From: Rhynchobatus australiae
Lineage: Eukaryota
Direction: 5' to 3'
Length of the DNA: 64,000 nucleotides
Assembly (NCBI GenBank): GCA_034780895.1
Contig: JAUZTB010000074.1
Location: forward strand, 5,312,764 to 5,376,763
Of the stretch, positions 50,201 through 64,000 are shown piece by piece. The translations under genes were made by a program, and so were the position numbers. Under the pieces are notes generated by a model. The model saw nothing but the letters and a program-made list of their open reading frames with translations. It was not told the origin of the DNA and made no database searches. Position 1 is the first letter of the stretch, and each line of letters begins with the position of its first letter.

Positions 50201-53200
50201 TATTGTTGTAATTTTAAAGTGAGCCTCAATCTGGCTATTACTGATTCCACAGCAGTGGTTCTTACTGAGGATTCCATTATTCAAAGAAAACCAAAGAGAT
50301 TCCTGGTATCCTGAAACATTCCTCCCTCAGCTAAACAACCAAGCAACAGATACAGGTCTCAGGTTATATCTGTTTGTGGGATCCAGCAGTGCCCACCATA
50401 GTGACTGTATAATCTTATACAGCAACTGCACTTCAAAGTAATTCCTTGCACTTGACGTACCTTGAGATGTTGAGACTGTTTATTAAATTCTCTTTTAAGA
50501 CCCTAAAATCACAGTAGCATCTGTCATGAACAAAATTTAATGTATTTTGTTTAAATGACAAATCTTCACAGGTGTAGAAGTGTGTTAACCAACAGTGGAC
50601 AGTTGAATTCACTCCTTTCAGAAGTGTAAATGCTCACTTTTGAGCATAATAATGTTCATTTATTGGCATTTAGCCTTGTCAGTGACTCTTCCTAAGAGTT
50701 CCCATCTTGAGTACAAACTGATAAAATGTTTTTTAATTACCAGACAGCAAATGTAGCCTTTCACTGAAAGGCTGAACCTGTTGTCAGCTAGCTTGTTTGA
50801 TTTCTGATAATGTGCACTGCTGACTTTGCTTATCTGTTATTCAATAAAGAGAGACAATGGGGCCTCCTGACCGTACAGTGATGGGCAGTCTCCTTTGAGA
50901 ATGGGCCTGACAAACTACAGTATTGATTTAAACAATTCTCTGCTGCTTGCAGCACTAAAAACCAAGCTTGATTTCTTGCCTAACACTTCCACTGTGTAAC
51001 AATTAAGCAACCGAAATAATTTCTTGTATTACATGAAAGTCAATAGACCTTGCACACCCCCAGCGTTGATCACTGTGAAGGATGGACTGGAGGCTGGCAG
51101 AGGTCAGGGGTTGGAATATAATCATATCATTCAGGGGATTAGTATTGAGAGCCCCCTTCATTAAGGTTCACTTCCCATCTATTGTTGGATGTTTAAAAGA
51201 AAGAGTGGCAATGATAAAGAGGATTGCTTTAATGTGAGTAGTGCAGTCTCAGGTGGCCCTGGAAGTTAATTGCCGGCAAGACTGTTTGCTTCCAATGCAA
51301 AATTGGAAGAAGACATAACAGCATCACTAACTAGAGCCTGACAGCTAAGAAATACAGATCTATACTGTGCTGTGATACGGTTGATTCCCTAAAACTGCAA
51401 GTGCATTCTGATTCCAAATTGTACATACTTATGCTTCTTTTCATATAATTGAGGCTTCACTCATTTGTGCTGAAATCTTACTCTCAAATTTCTCACCCTG
51501 TCTGCTGATATTTTAGTGTGCTATGTTTCATATGTTTAGTACAGGTGCTTGGTGCAGGCAGTCTTCAATCTCAACCTTGCTCAAGTAGTTATTCTCCATT
51601 GAAAAATACTGGCAGGTTTATGAAATGTGAGCCACTACATCCCCTGGTAACTTGCTCTGTCAGATGTTTATGGCTTCAGCCTTCAACAGTGCAAAATCTA
51701 GGCTCTCTCTGGTACTGTACTTGTTGGAGGTGCCATCTTTTAGATGTTAAATAAAGGTCGTTATCTGTTGTCTCAGGAGAACATGAAAGATCCCATGTTC
51801 TATTGTGAGAATCAGGAATTCGCATATATTTTTGCTGACAGATATTTATACCTTACCAACATCACTGAAATAAAACTTCAATTCTTCAGTACTCCAACTG
51901 GTAAAAAAGATAGCACTTGATCCAGAAATACAATAGAATTCCAGCTTTGGACATCAGAAGGGTGGATAGATCATTGGACATTACTAAAGAGCTTTTAGAC
52001 ACAGAATGGGTATATACTTAATGATCTTAACAATTTTATAACGAAGAAAAAGTGGCGTGAAAGTACACTCAGAACGCTTGATTCCTGCCTGTTATTCATT
52101 GCCAGTCTGTTCTTGATTGGTACTTTTCCAACTGTTATAACTTTATGGATTGTTCATTGTAGCTTTCTTCTTGCTCATTTGTATTTGAGATAGTGTCATT
52201 TAACTGAAAATTACCAATTATGTTCATTTAAAAAACAGCCAATCAGGACTTTGATGTATGTTAGATATCTTGCAGTATTTCATTTAGGAAGTGTGAGAAA
52301 ATGAAAAGAATGGACACTTACTCATAATCTACACAAGTGCACTAGATACAAGACTTTTAATTATATAGATAAATGCTTCTATAATCACTTTTCATGATAA
52401 TGACTTACTTCAGTCATTAGCAAAGATCCCTGTGGCTCTGACCTTGTTTTGAGTATTATTATTCAATTTCTTTGTCCTAATACCACAGTTATCCTGACAT
52501 TTATGTTCAATAGCCTTTGGGTGCAGAGAGGGAGGGTGCACAATCAGGAAATAATGAAATTATTTCTTTTTTTTTGCCCTTAGGTTTACCTATATTGACC
52601 TAGAACACTTGGGAGATTAAATAAGCCCACAACAGTGTAATCATACGTGGCCGATTGAGCTTCTCTGGATAAGTATTTGAAAGCTCATGGGCTGAGAAAC
52701 TGTATTGCATCCAACTCAGTGGAAGGTTGTTGTATCAGCAGGCTAATGAATGGTCATGGGCCTCCAGCTGCAAGCTTGAAATGTGCCCAGATGTGTGTGT
52801 TTTGGCAGAGGAGGTGGGTGGGAAGGAGGAGTTGTGAATAAGCGGGTCGGTAAATGTTGGCCAAGGCTGGGGCCTGGATTGAGGCTGAAGTGGGGATCAG
52901 GGCTGAGAGTTCCACTTTTGCTGTGGAAAGCAGGTGGATGGCTGGTGAAATAAGTAATGAAGGACCAGGCCTGGGTCATGGTGATTTAAGGGCAAGATAG
53001 TTTGTGGGGGCAGAGGGGAGGGGCTGGTGTCACATAATGAGAGGGACACAAGGGCAAGCATGGGACCCACAGTGGTCCAAAACCAGCATTATGTTGTCAG
53101 TGGCCAGCTGTCAGATGCGAGTGTAATCATGGTCACCTGTGGGGCAACTTGGTCTGTATTTTCCCCACACAAAGCTCCAAAAGGAGCACTGCAGGAGAAG

Positions 53201-54914
53201 CAAATGACATGAAGACTTTGTCTGGCATGTAATGGAGAATTATGCCTGTAGGAATATTTAGAATGGAGCAAAATGACCTGAAATGATTGCATCACATTTC
53301 AATCAGGTAAAGTACATTTACAATCATAACACCCTGGGAGTGAAGCAGTTTTATGAGACCAAATTTCTGCATTATGTCTCCCTACGTTCCTGTTCTGTGC
53401 TTGGTAAGTTCAAGAACAAGGTGACTTGAGTGAGAATTTGGTTGCAGGAAATCCATATTCTGTTATGTGGAAGAACAGTGGCCCAAAAATCAAAATTATT
53501 TATTTTTTTAAAATTATTTTTAAGGAGAGGAAAATTTTGCTCTTGCTGATGATATTGGTTTTAGAAAATGAGTCATTATTTTGAGCCTCCCATTCTCAGT
53601 GTGGATCCTCCCAAGAATAAATATCCTTTTGTTTTATTCCCTAACTCACCGTGGTTGCAATTGCCCAATAACCAGAGTCACCCTTGACTTTCCTGAGAAA
53701 TTATGGAATTTTACTGAAATAGGATTGGAATTGACAACATTTGAGTACATGTGCTGACTTATGAACTATTTGTCTGAAGGTACCATATCAATCCTAGAAG
53801 GAATTTCTAATTGGACTTTTTTTTTACTGACAGAGCAAAACTGGATCCCTCAGTCTGAGCTGCATTCAAGCTCAGATACATAGTCCCGCAGTAGTTGTCC
53901 AAACCACTAAATATTGTCTCCTCAGCAATTTCACGATGATGAAATATTGGGAGCTCAAAACAGATTGGAGCATAGAACTTGTTCCACTGGTGGATCACTG
54001 GTGCATGGAAAAGGGCCAACAATAAATTATCATAACTGCTTTTTGTCAACTAGCCTAGTTCACACTCATAGAGGGGTGGGAGTTATACAGCATGGAAACT
54101 AGCCCTTCAGCCCATTGTCCATGCTAACCATCAAGCACCTATTTACACTAATCCTGCACAGTTCTGGTTACGTTTTGATGATTCCCTACTAGAAAGTGAT
54201 CAGTATCAGAAGAGGACGACATCAGAATGAACCAGATCCAAAAAAAACCTACTTGTGCTTATTGTCCAAGACCACTCACCACCACAGTGAAAGAACAAAG
54301 TGCCAGTGATCAGAGAATCATACGCAACCGGACATGATTTCAGTAGAGGTCAAGGGAAAGAATGTATTGCAAGAGTCAGTAAAAAGAAAAGTGCAAAACT
54401 AAAGAAAATAACAACAGTAATTGTTTCCAAAAAGTTGTCTTGCTCAGTCCTGGGAGTAAATGTTGGAACACGTATCATTCCTTTCCTAACACAGAAATAA
54501 CTGTGGGGTTAATTTTTTTAATTAGAATTACCATTCGGAAAGCAAAGTGTTCCCTCCTAAATACTATATTTTATAATGTGAAAATTATGAGATCTATGCT
54601 ATCCTTTAATTTAACTTTCAATAAGACAGTCATAAAATGGGAGCTTATGAAAGTACTACCTGATGAATTATAATTAATACCTACAATGAATCATAAATTA
54701 TTCCAATAATCACAAGTTTTTCTAATAATTTTCACTCTATCCATTATAAATATTACTGTGTGGAACAGATTTATGAACAGTTAGAACTCAGAGTAATATA
54801 AAGAAAGGACCTAATTGTGGAGCATGGGGACTAAAGACTGATGGAGGGACCATCACACAGTGAGTGAGAATTCAGGGGAGTTGAGCCAAAGCAAAAAATA
54901 TGCTTCTTGTTTCC

Positions 54915-55420
54915 TTCCAGTTTAATTCTGCATTCCATTCCCACTCTGACCTCTCACACTGTTGTCATGAGGACCAACGCAAGCTTGAGGAATTGCACCC
55001 CGGCATGGTGCTTTCTCTGTATCAGAACTGACCAGTTCTTCCTTAGATCTCCATCTGCAAGACTAACTCAATTCTTCTTTCACCATTAGCACTGCCTGAT
55101 CTGCTGTGGATATCTTACCAGTCCTCATTTTGCAGCTTTTACATTCCTTTGTTTGTGTTCCCTCTCTCTAATACCTTTATTTCATAAGCTTCCATGTCAC
55201 TTTGTTCATGTTCACTCTACCTGTCCTCAATCCATGAATCGGGCAACTTCATCTACAGCTTACTCCCACAGCAACCCTGACCTCACCCTATTGGAGAAAC
55301 TCCCCATGTCCTATCCAAGCCTCCCTCACCCTCTCTGCAACTCAAAACTAACTTGTTTTCTCTTTCCCAGTTCTGATAAAGTTTCTTCAATCTGAAATAT
55401 TAACTGCTTCTCTTTCTACA
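54915..55420 (+). mobile_element. Penelope-like element remnant
   Basis: tttaattctgcattccattcccactctgacctc and caacgcaagcttgaggaa (QRKLEE). Terminal ttcccagttctgataaag...tgaaatattaactg. Confidence 0.6.
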
Positions 55421-57689
55421 TTTTATCTAGGAACAGGCAGGCAGTTTGAACTAGGTTTTCCAATTTTTACTTGGTGTCCATAGGTACACTGAAGATTGAG
55501 TTTATTTATAGTGGATTAGTTTGGAAATTGTCAATATATTCTCCAATATTTCTGTAACTATGATTAACCATCAACCGAAGTTCCTAACTTCTCACATTAT
55601 AGACAAAAGGTACCAAAAGTGATTTCCAGCACAGAAGCAGCTTAAAGAGTGGAGTATTTTTGTAGAAAGTGGGAAATACAAGATGGGATTAGTGTAAGTG
55701 AGTGCCTGAAGGTCAGTGTGGACTCAACTGAACAAAGGGCCTCTTACCACAAAGTATGACTGCGATTCTCTGACTGCCACAATTGCACAGACTGTATACA
55801 ATAACAAACGTGTCTATCCCAGCATCTGTTGTTGCTTTAAAAATGGCGAAGGGAGAAAAAAAATCTCTTCAAGAAAGTTTCTTTAAAGCAAAATTCTTTG
55901 CCTCAAAAGATGGAAATTAGTTATTTCAGAAATTATTTCTGGTGCCAAAAGGCAAAAGAACATTCAGTAAATGGCAAAATATAGAGTTGTGAGAGGAACA
56001 ATGGAACTTGAGTAGGATTGGTTATTGTCCCAGCTACCAATTGCAGGACGATCCCTAAGCAGCTTTACTGGATAAGCATGGATCATGTTTTTGGACATGC
56101 CACAACTCTTAGCTGGGAAATCTGCATCATCAGCTGTCATACCTGCAATGGATTTGCTCCAGGACCTACACATCACTTTAATTGGCTAGTGTGTTCTGAG
56201 ATTCGGTCAGAGTCCCACACTAGCAAGAATTTATTTAACTGTCAAATAAATTGTTGCACTAGAAGGGAAGTACAAATTATCAAACATACCACTCCTTAAA
56301 ATTGTAGGATAATTGGCAATGGAATTAAAAGGTTTATGATGTTTTTTTTTATGTGGTGTTATTGGGATCTTAAGTGGTCTACCAGAAAGGCAGGTTTCAG
56401 ATGGGGTGTTGGATATATATTAGTGTGGCCATGGAAAATGAGCAAGTGAGTGAAAATAACTGGAGAGTTCATTCAAGAGCTAGCACAGGCACAACACACC
56501 AAATGACTTCTGTACGTGCTTTATATTTTAAGGACTTCTCCCAACATCCATCTTTCAGCAGATTGCACTAAAAAAGCCCTTATGATCTTGCAAATGGAGC
56601 AAAAAACTAAAGAAGGTATCTCTGTCTGCCGCAATCATATTTTATTCCCCACTGTGTAACACCAAGTTTTTGATGGGGTAAAAATGGTGCAGATTCCTCC
56701 AAGTCTAAGTCATTGAATGATAAGTAAACAATAGTAAACAATACTGCAAGATAGATTAACAAATCATAATTGCAGTTTTAAAACAGTCACCCGTTGGAAA
56801 AACGTAAAGCTTCTCATCATAGGTACCTGGTATCTGTTCCAACGACAACATAACGTAAGTATTTGGAAACTAACCTGCTCACCACCTGTCTGATGTAACT
56901 GAGATCACAACTCAAGTCTTCACAGTATTTCTTACATATAAACTATGACTGCATCCCATCAGGCTGACATTTTAAATGAACTTTATACTCGGGTATATGG
57001 CACAATGTTCCCAGATAACTAATAATAGTTTACTGCAAGTTGTGTTGTTTTTCTTACATTTTATCTTTATAATTGCCTTGGACTATTTTCCCTCCATGAA
57101 AAAATGAAACAGTTAAATAATTCTAAAAATGCAACAGGTTCACTTGTTGAGATTGGTGATTCTCATTAACATATTGATTGACTAGTTCATTTTTGTAGTC
57201 ATCATTGAGAGACTGCAAGTTTGATGATGTCTGATATCAACAGGAATAGGGAATGTATTGTTTTGAATCCTTGTGTTCATATGTAATTACTTTCTGTAAC
57301 CAGATTTATGGAACTGAAACATGTCTCTCAGCCCACTGAGTCTCCACCAACCACCAAGCCTGTAATTCCTTCTCTGTTTATTCTCCCCACACNNNNNNNN
57401 NNNNNNNNNNNNNNNNNNNNNNNNNNNNNNNNNNNNNNNNNNNNNNNNNNNNNNNNNNNNNNNNNNNNNNNNNNNNNNNNNNNNNNNNNNNNNNNNNNNN
57501 NNNNNNNNNNNNNNNNNNNNNNNNNNNNNNNNNNNNNNNNNNNNNNNNNNNNNNNNNNNNNNNNNNNNNNNNNNNNNNNNNNNNNNNNNNNNNNNNNNNN
57601 NNNNNNNNNNNNNNNNNNNNNNNNNNNNNNNNNNNNNNNNNNNNNNNNNNNNNNNNNNNNNNNNNNNNNNNNNNNNNNNNNNNNNNNNN

Positions 57690-57850
57690 CTCCCACATTC
57701 CAAAGACATATGGGTTAGGAAGTTATGGACATGCTATGTTGGTGCCGGAAGCGTGGCGACACTTGCAGGTTACCCCCAGGACACTCTATGCAAAAGATGC
57801 ATTTCACTGTGTGTTTCAACATACATGTGACTAATAAAGAAATCTTATCG
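57690..57850 (+). mobile_element. V-SINE-like element with Rex1-type tail
   Basis: Close copy of 16068-16230. The 5' part is lost in an assembly gap. Confidence 0.65.
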
Positions 57851-59499
57851 TATCACCTCATTTTGACTTGGCATCATTTTCCTTGCATCTCTAATGTAGA
57901 ATATTTTTGACTGTTAAAAGTACTATACAAAAAATTATACAGTGTATTGTCATAAAAGTCTGCAATAACTACCTTTACTACAGAAAATGCAATGTAATAA
58001 CTATTTACTGGTTTATTTCCTCAATGGTGGCATGGCATGGACCACAAAGATTTCAAGTTTGACCAATTTCTGTGGGGAGTTAGCCAAGCTCAACTGATCT
58101 CAGTTGGGCATCTATTGTTTTGAAGAGAATCAGTATTGCAAAATATTTGTTTTGAGGTTGGGTTTGAGCCACAGGAAATTTATGGAATAAAGCACAGGAA
58201 ACGGATACCTTACATGTTTTTTTGTTTATTAAGAAGGGCTTGAAAGTCCCAGTGCACCCGAATTAAAGGATCTTTATATTCATGAAGGGAAATGGGGAAT
58301 GCAGTATCATTGGTGAGATATCCTATATTCATTGCTTCTTACTCTCCTGTATACAGTCACAACTAATTTCACAATACTGAAACTAGAGTAAGCTATATGA
58401 GATGATGGAAGTAAGTTTGTGCTAGATAGCATTTCCTAGACACTGATAATAAGTCTTTGGTTGTCAGCATTAAATATCCTTTGAATGAAAAGTCAGAATA
58501 GTTTAATACTTTTTCATGCAATTTACGATTCAGGTTCCTTCAGGATCAACCACACTGCTGTTCCTTCAATGGATGCAGTTAAAGCCATGGCCTGGGTGGT
58601 CCTCTCATGTGGATCCAAGAGGTCTCAGATATGACCACTCCTGTGGTTAGCTAACTCTAGCAATGCCAAGATGAGGTATTGATTTGACTCAGTGATCCAG
58701 ATCACTGCTCAGTGTTTACAAACTTAATAGAAAGTCATTTCTTCTGGTGGAAGAGTCCAGACCAAGGGCTAAAATAGTCCCGTTATTCCTTCCATGTGTT
58801 GGATTTGCTCACTAGAGGAACTAGTTTAGTAAATGAAGACCAGAGCAAGTATGGAGAGTCTTCCTGAACAAACTGTTGAAATTAGGTCCGCTAAAACTTT
58901 TTTTAAAAAGTGTTAGGCAAGCATATGAAAGNNNNNNNNNNNNNNNNNNNNNNNNNGTTCTGAGATACAAAATAAGCCACGATTTAATAGATTAGCAAGA
59001 CTTGGCCTTTGAATAGTTTTATCCTAGTTCTACACTTTGTATTGCAAACACTGGGTGATGTCAGGACCAGACATGGCTTAGACTATTCACACTGCCCAAT
59101 GGTCAGATGTGCAGAAAGCCCAGATGGACTTGGATTGCTGCATCCATGAGATTGTACATTGAATCACTTACATTTGTACAGTGCCTTCCACAATTTCAAG
59201 ATGTATCAATGCACTTAACAGCCTAAGAAATATTTTTGCTGTTATAACATAGGACAACTAGTGAAGAACAAGTTGCTACAAATAGCAGTAGCTACATAAC
59301 CTATTCCTTTTAAAACAACATTGAAGGGTAAATACTAGTTGGTGTACCAGGTAAAATTTCTCTTGCTGTTTGGTTTAAAGCAGATAAGTATGATGTATTA
59401 TCCAAACTATAGCACCCCTGACACCTCTCTCCCTCAGTATTGCATTGGAGTGTCAGCCTAGATTATGGGCTCAAAATTCCATGCAGAGTAAAAGGAAGA

Positions 59500-59850
59500 A
59501 CTAAAACCATGTTGAAGCAGAAGGCCATTCAACCCTTCATGTCTGCTCTATCATTTAATAAGATCACACTTGATCTTTCACCTCAGCATACTTTCGAGGA
59601 ATTTGAAATTAATGCTGGAATCTCTTAATATCTTTAGATGTTATTCTTAAATATACTCAGCAACCGGGTCTCCACAGTCCTCTTAAGCAGTGATTTCCAA
59701 AGACTTACTACTTTCTGGGTGAAGAAATCTCATCCTATCTCTGTCCTGAATGGCTGGCCCCTTGAGACTGTAACCCCTGGTTATGGACAGTCTAAAGAAG
59801 GGGGAAACATCCTTTCTTCATCTACCCCGTTAAGCCCTTAAGAATTTTGT
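59500..59850 (-). mobile_element. CR1 LINE 3' end
   Basis: ggccattcaacccttc and ctttctgggtgaagaaatctcatcctatctctgtcctgaatgg are typical of a reverse-oriented CR1 3' region. Confidence 0.7.
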
Positions 59851-61084
59851 TTGTTTTAAGAATACCACTTTGGAAAGATGATTTTTAATATCAGAAATAA
59901 TTGCTCCAAGGTAGGTTTTATTCTTTGTATCATCTTTTAAAATTACAAGAGCTTATTAGATGATGTTACCGTGCACGCAGATTCCATGTGAACCTATGGT
60001 GTTGGGGAGGGGTGGGGGGGGGGGGTCACAAACTTTAGTAGGAATTTGTATTTATACAGCAGATTTGACATGGAAAAATTGTCTCAAGGCGCTTAAACCT
60101 AAACTGTCCCAGACGATCAGGTTGCAGCNNNNNNNNNNNNNNNNNNNNNNNNATAGTCATGATTGCTACAGAACCTTAAACTAAACAGCTGCTTAGTATT
60201 ACACATTGCCTGGGTCAACTGTATTGGGTATCGGAGCTGAAATCATGTAACTGTAAATTAACGGAAAATGTAACTGCACTTTGCCAAGAGATCAATGTCC
60301 AATAAGGGCTACACAATCAAACCTGTCGCTCTGATTGAGAGTCTAAATTGCCTTTCAAAGATAAGGTGGTAATCAACATAGGTTTAACAGTCTTTCTTCT
60401 GAGTTCAATTACATGCTAATGACTTGTGCCAAGCAGAGATCTTTAAATACTATTCCTGTTTAAATCTTATGTAAGTAATGAAAAATTACTTAAGCCAGAC
60501 AATCAATAGAACAGGGACATTAATCACTATATTTCTGCTTTATATTTTCTGATCTTGTTGCATGAGAGACTTCCCCAAGTCCCAGTCACAATAATAAGGT
60601 TAATAATTAAATGGAGTCATTTGAGTTTATTTATTTTTCTGACTCATCGAGATGGGCAATACTTTTAACATTTCAGAACTGAATCAGGCTATTGTTGAAC
60701 ATTGTAATAACTGGCTGAGAACTAGAAATATGATAAATTGGTAGCCAGAGATAATTTTTATTTCAAAATTTATTACAGATTCATGTCTGTAATAAAATTG
60801 AGACTGTGCACACTGAACAATAAAGGAGGAAATAAAAAAAATGGAGAGGTTAACAATTCCCAAATGGCAAAGAAAATTACAGACTATCCAGCATTGGCAA
60901 AGCCCAGAGTTATAAAATCTGGTTTAAGTAGAATGCAAAATCATTGCCTTCTGCACAATGCTTATATGAAGAAAGGGNNNNNNNNNNNNNNNNNNNNNNN
61001 NNNNNNNNNNNNNNNNNNNNNNNNNNNNGTATCTCGCTTAATGCAAATTGACTGCTAACAATTCAATTAAATGACCTTTTGATG

Positions 61085-61802
61085 TGCAAAACAGATGCTG
61101 GAAATTTGAAATACAAACAGAAAATGCTGGGGATACTCAGAAGGCCACACAGCATCTAAAGCAGGAGAAACAAAGGTTTAGGTTTACAATCCTTCATTAG
61201 AAGCTGGAACAGTGGGAAAACAAGCAATTTTTAAGTTGCAGAGGGGGGGAAAAGAAGTAAATAAAAGAAAATGTCTGTGATAGGGTGGAGATCAAGTTTG
61301 TCCGAGTGTCACAAAACTTTGATGTCATCTAAGAGAAATCAGAACCAGATTTATTATCACTGATTTAAATGACATGAAATTTGTGGTGTTGTGGTAGCAG
61401 TGCAGTGTAAAGACATAAAATTACTATAAATTACAAAAATAAATAAATATTGCAAAAAGACAGAATAATGAGGTAGTGGTCATGGACCGTTCAGAAATCT
61501 GATGTCACAGGAGAAAAAGCCGTTTCTGAATTGCTACGTGTGGGTCTTCAGGCTCCTGTACCCCCTGATGGTGGTAATGAGAAGAGTGCATGTCCTGAAA
61601 ATGAATATTTGTTCATTGCCACTGATCTATCTGGAGATGTATAAACCGAGTAAGGTGAATGAGGGCAGTAGAAAAAAAAAACAAACATACCAGAACTGCG
61701 AGATGTAAAGGGTCATCAATCTGAAATGTTAACTCTGTTTCAATCCACATAGATGATGCATGGCTTGCTGATTATCCTCAACATTGTTTGTTTTTATTTC
61801 AA
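61085..61802. mobile_element. Penelope-derived element with a nested Rex1-type 3' fragment (61337-61600, minus strand)
   Basis: Arms cagatgctggaaatttgaaatacaaacagaaaatgctgg and ctgaaatgttaactctgttt...tttttatttcaaat. The internal atttattatcactg...gtgggtcttcaggctcctgta is a Rex1 3' end. Confidence 0.6.
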
Positions 61803-64000
61803 ATGACTATTTGATCTGTTTTTCCAATGCTGATTGAGGGACCAATGTTGTCTGGTGTACAGGGTGAATTTGCCTGCTTTTTTCAGTAGTTCCATTAAAT
61901 CTTTCTGATCCAGCTGGGCACCTTATACAATGCAGCACACTTGCAAATGCCACCTTGGATGTTGAGCTTAGGTCCAGCAATTGGGCTTGAACCTGGGACC
62001 TTTTGATTCAGAGTCACAATTTAAATCATTAAGTCCATGGCAAGAAATAAATGGGAATGCATGGAATATGAGAGCTACACTTTATCAAACATTACTCTCC
62101 ACTGATTTCAACATGGTACTGTAATATCCATCAGCTTTGTAGCTAAATCCACCATTTTCTCCAGTGGTTAGGTTAAGATCGTCCCCAGAGCTCCTCATTT
62201 GATTTTTATCTCATAATAATAAATCTAGGAGAAACTGCTTTATCTAGAAAGTCACTGGAATGCCAAACTCACTGCCACAAGGCACAGGGAGTGTTTAAGA
62301 GGAACAGCATTGACATGCTTAAGAGGAAGCAGGATAGGTACATGAGATGGAAAGGAATGGAAGAATATTTTGTTGGCTTAGATGACAGAGGGTGGGAGAA
62401 AGTTGGTGCTGAGCATAAAGGAACTATTATGCCAAATAAACCATTTCAGCCTGTAATTATCCTTTAAACTTTAAATAGAAAATACCTGCAAATGTCAGCC
62501 GAGGACAGAGTGCGTTAAATGTGACGCCTCCGTAGCTCTCCGAAGCTGACTAAGCTTATACATGAGAAGAAGTCACTTGGGTGAGGGCAGCAGGAATCCA
62601 TTATACAACACATCAGCACTTATCGCCCAAGTCCAGGGGACATGGAAGCGGTTTATGTTCCCATGTCTGCCCTTGTGGTGATCAGCCAACAGAACACTCC
62701 ATGGATGAAGCCTATGACTTTCATGGTCCACCTGACCATGGAGCCAAATACAATTCTGCATTTGCTCACTAATGAAATGTTTTAAAACAGAATGGATTAA
62801 AATGACACTTGGGCTAGACTCAACCCATTCAGTCAATAGGCTGAAATTCAGACCTGGCATTAATATTCACAGAGCTTAGTATCCTGTTCAATGACATTGG
62901 TTTATTAATGTTCATTACACGTTAAAAACAGGACAATTAAAACACAAATAGTAGCTATTACTTCATGATGAAATATAGAATGCTTTCTTTCTAAGAACAA
63001 GNNNNNNNNNNNNNNNNNNNNNNNNNNNNNNNNNNNNNNNNNNNNNNNNNNNNNNNNNNNNNNNNNNNNNNNNNNNNNNNNNNNNNNNNNNNNNNNNNNN
63101 NAAGTATTTTGTCCTATTTAGAAGCACAAATTTGGGAAAAAGAATGTGCCCATGACAATGTCCTAGAAGATACCTTTCACAGAGAGAGAAAAAAAAAATC
63201 AGAGAAAAATCTGAAAAACACCAAGACACAGGAGGTTAGGCCAGTGCACTAAACAAAATTGGTTTGGCCTCTGCTAATGATTGGACTTGAATTTAAATGC
63301 TTCAGGGGTTATATAATTGTTTCTGCCACCCCTATAAATATCTGAGTAACAATAAAATTAATGTGATTTTTCTTCCTAAATAATTTATGCTTTACAATGC
63401 ATAAGTACCTCATGAATCACTAATCACAGAATGAGTACTTATCTTGGGATGTATTTTATTTCTGTCATTTTTAAATAGAACATTTGTAATTTTAATTATG
63501 TAGTTTTTCAGTAAATGATTAAAACAAAAGCAATAGCCCTATCACTTAAATAATTGCTTAAGCCCTTTGGTGCTGAATGGTCAGATGATTTTTTCTATTA
63601 TCTGTTTTTCTAATATTTTCAGGAGTACCACTATATGTCTAAAAGTACAATGTTTTCAAAGCAATATTAATGGGTCTTCATTAAGGCCAGTGGGAAACTC
63701 CTTTTTGGATAGATGTTACATATAACAAAACTAATGGTTAAGAAAGATTCACAATGATGATTTTAGGTTTCTAATGCCAACTCTAGGTTAGATGTCAGAA
63801 GCTGGTTCTTTTCCTAACAAAAAATAGCGAGACAGGCTCTTGGTCTGAATTTGTTTGAGAGAGCTCCTCACTTTGTTGTCATTTAATATCTGATTTTGGC
63901 TTTCCCAATACATTCAGGTTTTGCATGGCACAGGGAGTGTGCATGTTGCAATGCAGCGGGTATCACACATTACGTCAGACAGGCGAGATGGAACTGGTGT

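Noticed and set aside
56431-56520. MENEQV... resembling the MAP2K5 N-terminal MENQV
   Set aside because: Similarity ends after a few residues, and the context looks like a decayed LINE tail.

Overview
This is eukaryotic genomic DNA from a cartilaginous fish, inferred from HE1/V-SINEs, Deu-SINEs and CR1, Rex1, Penelope and Tx1 repeats; a batoid is my best guess. It is a gapped draft assembly with many 10/100-N spacers. Two + strand genes are supported. The last five coding exons of IQCH (18488-33729) splice in frame with GT-AG boundaries, and the complete two-exon CDS of the C15orf61 orthologue (45364-47229, 154 aa) is probably transcribed from a CpG island at about 42.5-42.8 kb. This matches the human IQCH-C15orf61-(MAP2K5) order, but I could not find MAP2K5 in the window. 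The rest is intronic or intergenic DNA full of decayed retroelements. Best observations: (1) a Tx1/L1-clade insertion with a 5' inversion, 17-bp target-site duplication and priming microhomology, i.e. a twin-priming product; (2) a family of palindromic Penelope-derived elements with degenerate hammerhead-ribozyme cores; (3) a SINE tail occupying the branch-point zone of an IQCH exon; (4) a Harbinger Myb/SANT remnant. I found no convincing novel multi-gene system. Gene and repeat calls rest on manual translation and recalled family features, not database searches.
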